A stretch of 64,000 nucleotides of DNA from an uncultured delta proteobacterium (GCA_963804955.1 CAWDSQ010000007.1:480001-544000), one strand, 5' to 3'; counted from the first letter of the stretch, positions 10,100-20,754 are shown. Numbers and translations are program-made. Notes: generated by a model from the sequence alone, not told the origin.

Positions 10100-10852
10100 C
10101 TAAATGGTTGCCTCCTGCCAGATGCGCTGTAATAGTGCGCTGCCGGCGCGAAGATGATCGGGCTTCACCTCCAGGGTGATGGTGCCGTCAAACCCGCATG
10201 ACTTCAGACTCCCCAGTATCGCTGCGAAATCAATCGTGCCCTGGCCGATGGGCAAATGCAGATCATCGCGCGGGCTGTTGCCGCCGCGGTTGTCATGAGC
10301 ATGCACATGCCGAATGCGCTCAGGGTACCGGCTCGTGAATTCATGGGCCGTATTGCAGGGCGTCAGAAGCTGCCCGTGGCCGATATCAAGCGTCATGCCA
10401 AGTAACGCGATCGCTTCGAAAGCCGGGCCCAGGTCGGCAGACTGCTCGCTTAAATTTTCAACGCACAGCTGCACCTTGCGGCCATGGGCATAGTCTGTCA
10501 GTTCCCTGAGCAGAACAATTTTTTTTTCAATAACAGGAGCGGGTATGAACCGTTTATCGATCCAGAAATGCAGCGTAAATATCGGCGCGCCCAGCTCTGC
10601 CGCGCAATCGATCAAACGCCGTATCTGCGGCAGATATGAACGCCGCAGCTCATCGGGATCCAGGGCATCTCCTTCTTCCGGGCCATGGGCAAGGTAGGTG
10701 ATGCCATAGGTTGCTGCTACGGCCTGAAGCCGTTCGAGCTCGCCGCCGTAAAAAGCATGGGCATCAAGCAAACTTATTTCAGCAAACGGAAACCCGGCCC
10801 TGGCGATCTCTTCGGCATCGGCTGCAGTATGGGCTCTTCCCCCGATTTTCAC
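10100..10852 (-). CDS. Sugar phosphate isomerase/epimerase (AP endonuclease 2 TIM barrel)
   Basis: CVENL, TLDIGHG, HVHAHDN, DLHLPIGQGTIDF, TLEV. Confidence 0.88.
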   Translation of the reverse strand: MKIGGRAHTAADAEEIARAGFPFAEISLLDAHAFYGGELERLQAVAATYGITYLAHGPEEGDALDPDELRRSYLPQIRRLIDCAAELGAPIFTLHFWIDKRFIPAPVIEKKIVLLRELTDYAHGRKVQLCVENLSEQSADLGPAFEAIALLGMTLDIGHGQLLTPCNTAHEFTSRYPERIRHVHAHDNRGGNSPRDDLHLPIGQGTIDFAAILGSLKSCGFDGTITLEVKPDHLRAGSALLQRIWQEATI

Positions 10853-10962
10853 GCCTGTTCATCCCGTCTGTATCCAACAGATTGTATGCCGGATAAATTA
10901 TGCATCAACATATCGGCCAGTGCAAGGGTTTTTTAAAAAACTCGCACAGAGCGCAGGCGCAC

Positions 10963-11970
10963 CTATCTCTGATACTGGTTGACAGCCCGGTTATGTTCCT
11001 CAAGCGTGCGGGAGAACTGGTGTGTGCCATTATTGCGGGAGACAAAGAAAAGGTAGTCTACAGCAGCAGGCTTGAGAACCGCCCGCAGCGATGCAAGCCC
11101 CGGGTTGCAGATAGGGCCTGCCGGCAGGCCCTTGATCTGGTAGGTGTTGTAGCTGTTGACAGCAAGCAGGTGTTTTTTGCGCAGCCTGCCATTAAAAGAA
11201 GGGTCTTCAAGCAGAACGCCATAGGCCACAGTCGGGTCGCAGTCAAGCCGCATTCCGAGTTTAAGGCGGTTGTAAAAGACACCGGCTATGACCGGCCGCT
11301 CTGCAGGGTCTTTGGCCTCTTTCTCGACAAGCGATGCAAGCACCACAAGCTGGCGGGGGCCAAGCATGCCCGGACCGGCCTCAGCCTGCAGCTCGCGGGC
11401 AAAAATATCCCTAAAACGCACGGCCATGCGCCCCAGCATCTGGCCAAGGGGCATGCTTCGGCAGAATTTGTAGGTATCGGGGAAAAGAAATCCCTCCATC
11501 GTCCCATTGTCTGCAAGACCCATGCTGCGGGCAAACTCTCCGTCAGTGGCTGTGCGCAGCACGTCTGCCGAAGGCTTCAGTCCCGCATGCTCCAGGATGC
11601 GGGCGATGTCAAACAGGTTGCTGCCTTCGGGAATAGTTACCGAAATCAGAGTTACCTCGCCCCGCACAAGCTTGTCGATAATGTCAAGGGGCGTGACCGG
11701 CAGGGTTATGCTGTACTGGCCTGCCTTGATGCTGTATTCGGCTTTTTTGATTTTGGAAAGAAGGACAAACAGCAGCGGGTCTGTGATCACGCCCTGCTGC
11801 TCAAGTATCGCTGCCGACTTTCTGAAGCTTGCGCCCTCGGGTATGGTTACCTCGACGGTTGCCGGCTGATGGGGCCGGTGGGGCGTCACGCAGTACAGGT
11901 AGAATCGCAGGCTTGCAAGCAGAACACCCGAAATAATCATTACACAGATAAACAGAAATGCCCGTTTCAT
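10963..11970 (-). CDS. mltG: Endolytic transglycosylase MltG
   Basis: TIPEG, EGFLFPDTY, LASLVEKE, YNTY..GLPAGPICNPG. Confidence 0.95.
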   Translation of the reverse strand: MKRAFLFICVMIISGVLLASLRFYLYCVTPHRPHQPATVEVTIPEGASFRKSAAILEQQGVITDPLLFVLLSKIKKAEYSIKAGQYSITLPVTPLDIIDKLVRGEVTLISVTIPEGSNLFDIARILEHAGLKPSADVLRTATDGEFARSMGLADNGTMEGFLFPDTYKFCRSMPLGQMLGRMAVRFRDIFARELQAEAGPGMLGPRQLVVLASLVEKEAKDPAERPVIAGVFYNRLKLGMRLDCDPTVAYGVLLEDPSFNGRLRKKHLLAVNSYNTYQIKGLPAGPICNPGLASLRAVLKPAAVDYLFFVSRNNGTHQFSRTLEEHNRAVNQYQR

Positions 11971-11972
11971 TA

Positions 11973-12398
11973 CTATTTCGGCTCCTGCTGTTTCATATGA
12001 TCGAGATAGCCCTGTAAAATGATGGCTGCCGCCACCGTGTCGATTATTTTTCTGCGTTTTTTGCTGCGCATGTCTGCGCCGATCAGCCTGTCCTCTGCCT
12101 CGAACGAGCTCAGCCGCTCATCCCATGTTTCAACGGGCAGGCCGAATTCCGCTTTCAGCTCTTCGGCAAAGCCGAGCACGGCCTGCGCCGCAGGCCCGAT
12201 GCTGCCGTCCATATTGCAGGGCAGCCCGAGCAGAATTTTGTCGACGCCATAGTTTTGTATATGCTTGCGCAGGGCCTCAAAGTCAAGAGCCTTTGTGCTG
12301 CGCCGTATGGTGCCGATGCCGTGGCCCATCATCCCCAGATCATCGCTCACCGCGATGCCGAGGGTTTTGCTGCCGTAGTCTATGCAGAGTATGCTCAT
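11973..12398 (-). CDS. ruvX: Holliday junction resolvase RuvX/YqgF
   Basis: IDYGSKTLGIAVSD, GLP, WDERLSS, DTVAAAIILQGYL. Confidence 0.95.
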   Translation of the reverse strand: MSILCIDYGSKTLGIAVSDDLGMMGHGIGTIRRSTKALDFEALRKHIQNYGVDKILLGLPCNMDGSIGPAAQAVLGFAEELKAEFGLPVETWDERLSSFEAEDRLIGADMRSKKRRKIIDTVAAAIILQGYLDHMKQQEPK

Positions 12399-12407
12399 AA
12401 AAAATCT

Positions 12408-12466
12408 GTTGAATTGGTTGAATTGGTTTAATTAGTTGTATTGGTTCAATTGGTTTTGTTGGTTCA
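12408..12466. repeat. Degenerate 9-mer tandem array, copy A
   Basis: GAATTGGTT GAATTGGTT TAATTAGTT GTATTGGTT CAATTGGTT TTGTTGGTT. Confidence 0.85.
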
Positions 12467-12499
12467 TTGCCGGTCCGCCGGAGCGGTTTGTTTTTTTCT

Positions 12500-12632
12500 G
12501 TAGGGGCAGACCTGCGTGTCTTCCCTGAGTACAGCGCCCTACAAGAGAAGAAACGAAATAATTCCCCCTTTAGCAAAGGGGGTTAGGGGGATTTGCTGGC
12601 TGCCCCTGTATCCCCCTTTTTCAAAGAGGGAT
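12500..12632. repeat. REP cluster (GTAGGGGCAGACCTGCGTGTC type plus CCCCCTTT..AAAGGGGG type)
   Basis: Palindromes read directly from the sequence. Confidence 0.7.
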
Positions 12633-12663
12633 AAAACAGGTTTGTTAATCTTTTCCAAGATTT

Positions 12664-12957
12664 TCATCTGTGCGCAGCAACCCATTCTTTGAGCGCATTG
12701 TCCATGCGCGACTGCCAGCCGCGGCCTGTAGAGCGAAAATGTTCGAGCACGTCGCGGCTGTACCGCACGGTAACAGGCTCTTTGCGCGGCGCCTTTTGCG
12801 GCCCTCGTTGCCCTGGCTTACGTGCAAGCAGTTCTGCTGCAAGTTTAGGACCTAAAATTTCAGGCAGCGCTTCGGCTGCTGGCCTGAAATGCCGCATGTC
12901 TTCTCGTGTTAATTCCCTGACTTCGCCATGCTTATCGGTTAATGGTTTCTTTTTCAT
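12664..12957 (-). CDS. brnA: BrnA antitoxin
   Basis: RGPQKAPRKEPVTVRYSRDVLEHFRSTGRGWQSRMDNALK. Confidence 0.92.
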   Translation of the reverse strand: MKKKPLTDKHGEVRELTREDMRHFRPAAEALPEILGPKLAAELLARKPGQRGPQKAPRKEPVTVRYSRDVLEHFRSTGRGWQSRMDNALKEWVAAHR

Positions 12958-13210
12958 AATAACGCACCTCTCTTTTATTGGCTTTACGAAAACTGATAAT
13001 GCGAACGCCGCCGTCTATGGGCGTGAAACAGATGACGTGCAGGCGTTGTTCAAGAAAACCAAGCGCAACGATTCTGGTTTCACCGTAATCGCTCCTGCTG
13101 TCCTCGTAAAAAACTGCCATTTCCCATTCAAACGTCTCCGCAAGCTCAAACGGCAAGCCGCGACTGCTTGCGTTCTTTTTGCTCTTCGCCGGACCAAATT
13201 CAATTTTCAT
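12932..13210 (-). CDS. brnT: BrnT toxin
   Basis: KSKKNASSRGLPF, DYGETR, RIISFRKANKRE. Confidence 0.92.
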   Translation of the reverse strand: MKIEFGPAKSKKNASSRGLPFELAETFEWEMAVFYEDSRSDYGETRIVALGFLEQRLHVICFTPIDGGVRIISFRKANKREVRYYEKETINR

Positions 13211-13323
13211 TATTTTATTGTAGTAACAAAAAAATATGCTGTCAAGGCTTTAAAGCAAGATGTGCGATGGGGTGTTGGTCTTGATGGTGCGCGATGCGCT
13301 ACAGGATACCGGACTGTCAAATT

Positions 13324-14522
13324 TCAGGCGCTCATATACCAGGGCCTCACGATGCATCCTTCACGCTCGTAGAGCTCCGGTCCGCCATGAATAAGCACGC
13401 CGTGTTTGGATCCGACGGTGATCCCAATCCCATAAAATACTTAATCCCGTCCAGTGACGACCCGGATATGGTCTGCCCTGATTTTACTTCTACAGGAATG
13501 AGCTCGCTGCCGGCATCGATCAGCACATCCACCTCGTGGCCGGTCCGGTCGCGCCAGAAATAGAGGGGCGGCACTTCGCCGCGATTGGCAAATGCTTTAT
13601 AAAGCTCCGCGACAACAAAGGTCTCGAAGATCGCGCCGCGCATGGCATGCGCTACAAGATCGCCGGGCGTCCGTACCCGCAGAAGATAACAGAGAAGACC
13701 CGTATCTATAAAATAAAGTTTCGGGCTCTTGATGAGACGTTTTGAAAAATTTACATGATGCGGCTGCAGCAGGTGTACAATGAATCCCGCCTGCAGAATC
13801 GAGAGCCATTGCCGGGCGGTTGTGTGGGAAATGCCGCAGTCTGCGCCAAGCGAAGAAAGATTCAGAATCTGCCCTGTTCTTCCAGCGCAGAGCCGCACAA
13901 ATCGCTGAAAGGCTTCGAGGTTGCCGATGCTTGCGGCATTGCGCACGTCGCGCTCCACATAGGTGCGGTAGTAAGCCGACAGCCAGTCCTGCGCATCAAG
14001 CTTTTTATCATGAATGCGGGGATAGAGGCCCGTATGAAGAATCGTTTCAAGGCTAAAGCGCGGCGATGCGGTTTTTGCCGGCAGACTGTGGAGCCGCCAT
14101 GGGTCGGGCGCCGCCCGGCCCATGAGCTCATCGAGGCTGAAGGGCAGCAGATTCAGTATAGCCGTTCGGCCCGCAAGGGTCTGGCTGATCTTGCTCATCA
14201 GGTGGAGCTGCTGGGATCCGGTCAGAATAAAATGGCCCGGTTTATCCTCGCGGTCTACAATACCCTGAATATAGGAAAGAAGCGCTGGGGCGCGCTGAAC
14301 TTCGTCAAGAATAACACCGGTAGAAAACTGCTGAAGAAATCCTTTGGGGTCGGCAAGGGCAAATTCCCGCGTGTTCGGGTCTTCCAGGCTTGCGTAGGCG
14401 TGTTTCTGAAAAACCATCCTGCACAGAGTCGTTTTCCCTGCCTGGCGCGGGCCGGTGATGGACACAACCGGAAACTGCCGGGCAAGCTGAGCGGCTTTTT
14501 TTGATACTGCTCTTGGTATCAT
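13324..14522 (-). CDS. AAA_14 / DUF4143 ATP-binding protein (frameshift near 13405)
   Basis: GPRQAGKTT, LDEVQR, TGSQ, TYVERDV, KSPKLYFIDTG, EVD, VEVKS. Confidence 0.9.
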
Positions 14523-14637
14523 GATTGTAATTGTAGGTTAAAAACCAGTGCATGTCAAATTGAAAGTGGTACTTGCAATCAGCCAGGGGATGAATCGACA
14601 GCTTGCAGGGTGGGCTGTGCCCGCCACAAGTTACGAA

Positions 14638-14934
14638 CTATTTTTCGCGCATGAGGAGCTTGTACGTCTCTTCATAAATTGTTTTGCGGGGACCGACGGC
14701 AACCAGTTCGATTATCGTTTTGGATGCTATGCGATAGACGATTCTGAATTTGCCCACCCTGAAGCTGCACAGGCCCGCAAGCTCCTGCCTGAGCTGCTTG
14801 CCTTGTTCCGGGTTATGCATAATGATTTCAATGCCCGCACGAATTTTCTTTTTTATATCAGGATGCAGGCTCCGGATGAGCGCGGCGGTTTGCTCAGTAA
14901 GCTTGAGGCGATATGCCGAAGGGGAAGCTGTCAT
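14638..14934 (-). CDS. RelE/ParE-family toxin
   Basis: GKQLRQELAGLCSFRVGKFRIVY, VGPRKTIY. Confidence 0.88.
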   Translation of the reverse strand: MTASPSAYRLKLTEQTAALIRSLHPDIKKKIRAGIEIIMHNPEQGKQLRQELAGLCSFRVGKFRIVYRIASKTIIELVAVGPRKTIYEETYKLLMREK

Positions 14935-15194
14935 GGCCGGTCGAACAGCTCCGCAAGCGTATAGAGCTTTTTAGTTTTCTTCAGCCCGGCAAGGCCGGTG
15001 CGGATTTCATCCATAAAACCGGCATCTGCTGTAATGCTGAGTGTTTCGCGCCAGCTTTCAAACTCTTCAGGGCTTATCAGCACAGCCGCAGGAGAGCCGT
15101 TTTTAGTAATCACCACTTCTTCCTCGGTTTCATGAACCGACTGCACGAGTTCACTTAGTTTCATTTTGGCTTCTGATAATGAAAGTGTTCGCAT
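14931..15194 (-). CDS. Phd/YefM antitoxin
   Basis: LSEAKMKLSELV, VITKNGSPAAVLIS, WRETL. Confidence 0.9.
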   Translation of the reverse strand: MRTLSLSEAKMKLSELVQSVHETEEEVVITKNGSPAAVLISPEEFESWRETLSITADAGFMDEIRTGLAGLKKTKKLYTLAELFDRP

Positions 15195-15361
15195 AATGAC
15201 CTCTATTATGGTTGACCTTAATTCTAGTCAAATTATAGCTTTTTGCAGCCCGGAAGTCAACCGTGGCAGTCCGCACTTGGCGGTCCGCAGCCGGTGCGCA
15301 CAGCACAACCCTATCCGCAGTTTCTGGGAGCTGTAGGCCGGACAAAGATCTGATTTTCAAC

Positions 15362-15458
15362 ATTTGTTTAATTGGTTTTGTTGGTTCACTGCGCTTAATC
15401 CGCTGCAAGACACAACGAAATGGCAGGACAACAAATCAAACCAATAAAACAAATAATA
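15362..15458. repeat. 9-mer array copy B, inverted arms around a short spacer
   Basis: TTTAATTGGTTTTGTTGGTTCA ... CAAATCAAACCAATAAAACAAAT. Confidence 0.7.
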
Positions 15459-15494
15459 AAAAAGAGCTCTGCAGTTTTCGCAGAGCTCTTTTTT
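15457..15494. terminator. Intrinsic terminator downstream of the nitrilase gene
   Basis: AAAAAAGAGCTCTGC-AGTTTTC-GCAGAGCTCTTTTTT. Confidence 0.8.
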
Positions 15495-15512
15495 ATTATG
15501 CAAACTGTTTTT

Positions 15513-16427
15513 TTACCACTCTTCATCAGGGCTGTAGCCCAGAAGCTCGTCATACCAGTCAAGGCGGCGATCGGTATGAGGATTGTTGAATGCCGACCAG
15601 TGACGGAAGCGCGCGCCCACGACATTGATCTCTGCCATAACGACTTCTGGCTTATCGGGATCGGCAGGGCCGGCTACAAAGCCGCCGCCCGGATCGGTGA
15701 TGCAGCTGTTGCCGATATAGGTGCAGCCGCGCTCGGCGCCCACGCGGTCGGCGCAGATGCTGTACACGGAGTTCATGAGCGACATTTGTGCTGCCGATGT
15801 TGCAGCGGTCGGCTTCTCTTTGGTCTGGAGCGGATCAACAACGACCCAGTTGGTGGAGTCGCAGATGATGTCGGCGCCCTGTGCGGCCAGAATGCGCGTT
15901 GTTTCGGGGAACCAGACATCATAGCATATGCGGCAGCCGATTTTGCCGAAGGGCAGGTCGAATACCGGGAAGCCGAGATTGCCGGGCTCGAACCACAGCT
16001 TCTCTTCGTTCCAGAGATGCATCTTGCGGTAGGTGCCGATATAGCCGTCGGGGCCGACGACAACGACGCTGTTGTACAGAACATTGCCCTCGCGCTCATT
16101 GATGCCGGCGCAGATATAGGCATTGTATTCCTTGGCCTTTTTAATCCACTCTTCCGTGCAGGGGCCTTCGGGCACTTCTTCAGAAAGCGCGAAGGCTTCC
16201 TCGCGGGAATTAAAGATATAGCCGGTATTGCACAGCTCGGGCAGAACCATGAGCTTTGCGCCCATTTTGCCCGCCTTGTCGATGATCTTCAGGGTTTCGG
16301 CCATATTGTAATCTTTATCGCCGATATGGGGCTCCATCTGCAGGGCGGCAACTTTTACCAGGCTTTCCTTGCCCGGATCGCGTTCGCCGGGATACGGTGG
16401 AACGGGCATCTGCTGATACTTTGACAT
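15513..16427 (-). CDS. Carbon-nitrogen hydrolase (nitrilase/amidase superfamily)
   Basis: E-K-C triad: LPEL, YRKMHL, ICYD; RBS AAGGAG. Confidence 0.9.
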   Translation of the reverse strand: MSKYQQMPVPPYPGERDPGKESLVKVAALQMEPHIGDKDYNMAETLKIIDKAGKMGAKLMVLPELCNTGYIFNSREEAFALSEEVPEGPCTEEWIKKAKEYNAYICAGINEREGNVLYNSVVVVGPDGYIGTYRKMHLWNEEKLWFEPGNLGFPVFDLPFGKIGCRICYDVWFPETTRILAAQGADIICDSTNWVVVDPLQTKEKPTAATSAAQMSLMNSVYSICADRVGAERGCTYIGNSCITDPGGGFVAGPADPDKPEVVMAEINVVGARFRHWSAFNNPHTDRRLDWYDELLGYSPDEEW

Positions 16428-16484
16428 GGTGATTCTCCTTTTTAAGTTAATCGTTTGCCTGCACAAGTCCGCAGGGCATATGCT

Positions 16485-18093
16485 CTAATGCGTTGTGATT
16501 TCACGCTTAAGAATATCTTTAGCCACTGAACCTGCTCCGTCGCGGGGCAGGCTGCCGCGAAATTTGATAAAGCTTGGAATTTTAAATTTTGCCAGGCGCT
16601 GGGAGCACCAGGTAATAATTTCCTCCTCGGTGCAGGTCACGCCATCCTTCACAACGATGAAAGCGGTCATGGCTTCATCGCGGATGGGATCAGGGGCTGC
16701 AATTACCACCACCTCCTTGACCTTGTAATGGCTGGCAATAACCTGTTCAACCTCAGGGGCTGCGATGTTTTCGCCGGCCCGCTTGATAACGTTTTTGATC
16801 CTGTCGAGAAAATGAAAATAGCCTTCCTCGTCCATATAGCCCCGGTCGCCCGTAAACACCCAGCCGTCGCGGATAATATTGGCCGTGGCAGCAGGCTCCT
16901 TATAATAGCCCTTCATGATGGTGCGGCCCGGAACCCCTTTCACGACCATCTCGCCCGGCGTATTGACCGGGGCCTCTATGCCGCTTTCATCAACGATCTT
17001 CACCTCATTGCCAAGGCGCGGCAGCCCGACGCAGTTGCGCTTAAACTTGCCGTCTATCGGGTTGATGGTGGTGGCGCCCAGGGTTTCGGTCAGGCCCCAG
17101 AGGTCGCACAGACGCACATTAAACCGGGTTTCAAACATCTGCCACTCCTCATCGGAGACGGGGATGGCGAATTTGATGAGGCGTAAATTATTTTTTCCGT
17201 CAAGCTCATGGGCCGGCTGATTGAGAACCATGCGCACGGTGGCGCCGACAAGGCTTGCCGTAGTAATGGCGTAGCGGCGCACCTGTTCCATGTAGCGGCT
17301 GGCGCTGAACTGCTCGGTCATAACGAGTGTGGCGCCGGAGGTAATCGTCGGCAGGGCAGAAATAAACAGGCCGTTCACATGAAACAGGGGCAGAACCATG
17401 AAATCGCGGTCTTCCGGGGTCATCTTGAAGACCTGCGCGCCGAAGATGCCGGCAAACACGGCATTGGCATGGGTGAGCACGACAGCACTGTACTGGGCAT
17501 TGGTGCTTGAGGAATAAATAATAAGCAGATCATCCTCCGGCGACAGCGGCCACCTCGGGGGGGTAGGCAGATACATCTCCCATCATTTCGTCAAGCAGCA
17601 CCACGTCGGGAAAAAGCTCGCTGTTGGGGTAGCTTGTCGAGGTTCGCGCCAGAAACAGCTCCCGCAGGTTCTGGCAGGTGGGCAGCACTTCGCGTATGAG
17701 GCCCAGATAGTCGGGCTGGGTCACCACGGCCACGGCATCGGAGTAGTTTATGAAATGCTGCATTTCCGGGGGTGTTGAAAGCACATTGGTCGGCACCATG
17801 ACAGCGCCTATTTTGGCAAGACCGAACCAGGCAAACAGATACTCGGGGCAGTTGCGCAGATGAACCACGACCTTGTCGCCCTTTTTGATGCCCTTGCCGG
17901 AAAAAAGATTTGCATAGCGGTTGGCCCGGTCATTGAACTGGGCAAAGCTGTAGCTGCATATTTTGCCCTCGGCGTCTTCATAGACGATGGCCTCCCTGCT
18001 CCCCAGAGCATAAGCCTTGTACTCAAGCGTTTTGCCTAAATTTCCGTATCCTATGATGTCCACCACTGCCTCAAGCAAAAGGCCGCGCTTCAC
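16485..18093 (-). CDS. CaiC-like AMP-binding acyl-CoA ligase with degenerate motifs (frameshift near 17555)
   Basis: WFGLAKIGAV, LPLFHVNG, WGLTET, MKGYY, TGD; A3 and A10 motifs altered. Confidence 0.85.
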
Positions 18094-18154
18094 GATATGC
18101 GCGGCAGGTTTATACTATCATTTTATTCTATAGAAGAACCATACGGCGGTCAAG

Positions 18155-18700
18155 CTATTTGGTGTGCAGAAAGCTCCAGTCAGCAGGAGGGATGCATCCC
18201 ATATTCTCGGCAAGCATTTTTCGGAGTCCATCGGGGAAATACGGCGCAACGCGGACAATAAGGGGCGTGGTATAGGGAGCAAGCCGCGAATCCTTGAGCA
18301 CCTCCTGCCCGAGGGGCGCCAGCAGCAGCCCGACGACCACTGCACAGGCAAGCACGTAGGCTTTGGCGCCGCCGATAAGCAGCCCAACCGCATGGTCAAG
18401 AAAACCGAGCCAGATAAGCTTTAAAAATTTTTCTATAAGCCAGCCGGCAAGGTTTACCGCAATCCATACTGCCAGAAAAATGCACAGGCAGGCCATGGCA
18501 AGCTGCCCCCACTTTGCGGCAATATAGGGCTGAATATAGGCAAGCACAAGAGGGTAGTAGCACAAAGCGGCAACGCTGGCCAGCAGCAGCGCTGCCAGTG
18601 AAAAAACTTCATGCACAGCACCTTTAATGATGCCCTTGATGACAAAAAAGCCTGCTGCGGCAATAAGAATCCAGTCAAAAGGATTCATGGGCATGGGCAC
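18155..18700 (-). CDS. cvpA: CvpA family membrane protein
   Basis: NPFDW, KGAVHEVFSL, LDHAVGLLIG, SRLAPY. Confidence 0.85.
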   Translation of the reverse strand: MPMPMNPFDWILIAAAGFFVIKGIIKGAVHEVFSLAALLLASVAALCYYPLVLAYIQPYIAAKWGQLAMACLCIFLAVWIAVNLAGWLIEKFLKLIWLGFLDHAVGLLIGGAKAYVLACAVVVGLLLAPLGQEVLKDSRLAPYTTPLIVRVAPYFPDGLRKMLAENMGCIPPADWSFLHTK

Positions 18701-18714
18701 TGCTTTCTCTCAGG

Positions 18715-19026
18715 TCAGTGAAAGATACGCTCAAAATTTTTAGTCGTACGGTAGGTGCGGGCTCCGCGGCTGAACGGGTCGCGGGCAAAACGCCTGCGGC
18801 ACCGGCTGCACAGCACAAATGAAAGCTCCTGATAAACCTCATCCTCCAGCTCCTGCTCATCCAGGGCATCGGCTGCATCCAGCATTTCCTGGGCCTCCAT
18901 CTCGGGGTCGTCGGTTTCGCAAAGGATAACGCCGTCAAAATCGGAAATAATCTGTATCTGAACGGAATATTTGAGGCTGCCCTCGGGCAGGTATTCGCCG
19001 CACTTGTCGCAGAAATGGTCTGACAT
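18715..19026 (-). CDS. Small acidic putative zinc-binding protein
   Basis: CDKC ... LCSRC with an acidic middle. Confidence 0.7.
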   Translation of the reverse strand: MSDHFCDKCGEYLPEGSLKYSVQIQIISDFDGVILCETDDPEMEAQEMLDAADALDEQELEDEVYQELSFVLCSRCRRRFARDPFSRGARTYRTTKNFERIFH

Positions 19027-19042
19027 GATAGTTGTTCCCGTA

Positions 19043-19468
19043 TTAAAGATTGTAGATTTCCCTGCCGAAAGTATGCACCCAGTTGCGTTTGAGGACTTTC
19101 TCGGCATCTTTTATCTTATCAACGCCCAGAATCACGATAGCCTGGTCGCTGGCGCGGCCAAGAAACGGATACAGATAGTGCACATTGATTTTTGCCTCTT
19201 TCAGGGGCTTCACAACGGCAGTGAGCCCGCCGGGATGGTCGGGCGTCTCCACGGCCAGTACTTCGTTTTCATAGACCTGAAACTTATGGCCGTTTAAAAT
19301 ATTTAAAGCCTTTGCGGGCTCATCAACCACAATGCGCACCGTGCTCACCTCGGACGTGTCGGCAACCGATATCGCCCGGATATTGACGCCCTCCTTGCCG
19401 AGCAGCTCGCTCAAATCGGCCAGCTGACCCGGCACGTTTTTCAGCACCACGGAAATCTGCTTCAGCAT
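19043..19468 (-). CDS. Tandem ACT domain protein
   Basis: QISVVLKNVPGQL, NIRAISVADT, VETPDHPGGL. Confidence 0.9.
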   Translation of the reverse strand: MLKQISVVLKNVPGQLADLSELLGKEGVNIRAISVADTSEVSTVRIVVDEPAKALNILNGHKFQVYENEVLAVETPDHPGGLTAVVKPLKEAKINVHYLYPFLGRASDQAIVILGVDKIKDAEKVLKRNWVHTFGREIYNL

Positions 19469-20016
19469 TTTTTCTGCTCCTTTTTCACAAAATCATAGCC
19501 CGCCTGAAACGCATCCCTGTTGGCTTTGAGCAGATGTGCCTTGCCCCCGCCCAGAATGTCGGGCAGGTTCTTCATCATGCGGTCAAACGAAAGCAAATTG
19601 CTTACGCCGACGAATGCGCCCATCATAACCATATTGGTGACCTTCACGTTACCGAGCTTCGTGGCGATGTCGGTTGTCGGCACGCCCAGAACCTCGATGT
19701 CGCCGCGGGCATCGGCAGCAGTCACCAGCGTTGTATTGTACAGCATGAAGCCGCCCGAGGGCAACAGGTTCTGGAACCGGAAAAACGAGGGCTGATTGAG
19801 CGCCACCACGAACTCGGGCTCCGAAGCGATGGGGGAGGCAATTTCTTCGTCGGAGATGGTCACGGTGCAGTTTGCCGTACCGCCGCGCACCTCTGCGCCG
19901 TATGACGGCAGAAAGGTCACGAAACGGTCCTCAAGCATGGCGGCCTTTGCCAGCATCTGGCCCATGGAGATCACGCCCTGGCCGCCGAATCCTGAAAAAA
20001 TTGTCTTGATCAGCAT
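19462..20016 (-). CDS. 2-oxoacid:ferredoxin oxidoreductase gamma subunit
   Basis: SGFGGQG, PSYGAEVRGGTANC, NMVMMGA. Confidence 0.9.
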   Translation of the reverse strand: MLIKTIFSGFGGQGVISMGQMLAKAAMLEDRFVTFLPSYGAEVRGGTANCTVTISDEEIASPIASEPEFVVALNQPSFFRFQNLLPSGGFMLYNTTLVTAADARGDIEVLGVPTTDIATKLGNVKVTNMVMMGAFVGVSNLLSFDRMMKNLPDILGGGKAHLLKANRDAFQAGYDFVKKEQKKC

Positions 20017-20754
20017 TGCACCTCTTTTATTACCCCCAGCGGAAATTCCTTTGCCATAACCTCGTCGATCCATGCGCAGGACGCCATGGCATCCATTTTC
20101 CAGTTGGTCGGGCAGGGCGACAGAATTTCGACAAGTGAGAATCCGCATCTTCTTTATCTGGTATTCAAAAGCCTTTTTAATGGCAGCTTTGGTCTTGCGG
20201 ACTCCCGCAGGGGAGCTTACCGACACGCGCTCAAGGTAGCTCGGGCCGCCAAGCTGCGCCATGAGCTCGCAGACCCTGATGGGCTGGCCCTTCGGTTTTG
20301 CCATCGTGCGGCCAAGGGGCGAGGTGGTTGTTTTCTGGCCGATAAGAGAGGTCGGGGCCATCTGACCGCCGGTCATGCCGTAGACGGCATTATTGACAAA
20401 AATGACGGTAATATTTTCCCCGCGGTTTGCCGTATGCAGGGCCTCGGCAGTGCCGATGGCCGCCAGATCGCCGTCGCCCTGATAGGAGAACACGAGATTA
20501 TCGGGCCGCACGCGCTTAACGCCGGTTGCCACGGCCGTAGCCCTGCCATGGGGCGCCTCGACCATATCGATATCTAGATAATTATAGGCAAGCACGGCGC
20601 ATCCTGCGGGAGGCACGCATATGGCCTTGTCCTGCAGGTTCATTTCATCAAGCAGCTCGGCTATAAGCCGGTGAATAATGCTGTGGCCGCAGCCCGGGCA
20701 ATAGTGCATGGACACTTTACGCAGAGATTTTGGCCGTGTGTATACTTTTTTCAT
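20010..20754 (-). CDS. 2-oxoacid:ferredoxin oxidoreductase TPP-binding subunit (VOR-like; frameshift near 20145)
   Basis: YCPGCGH, QGDGD, NNAVYGMTGGQMAPT, then CPTNW in the other frame. Confidence 0.9.

Noticed and set aside
10900..12000. Long antisense ORFs (also 15420-16424, 28808-29869, 4990-5928, 44717-45637)
   Set aside because: Shadows of well-supported genes on the opposite strand in GC-rich coding DNA
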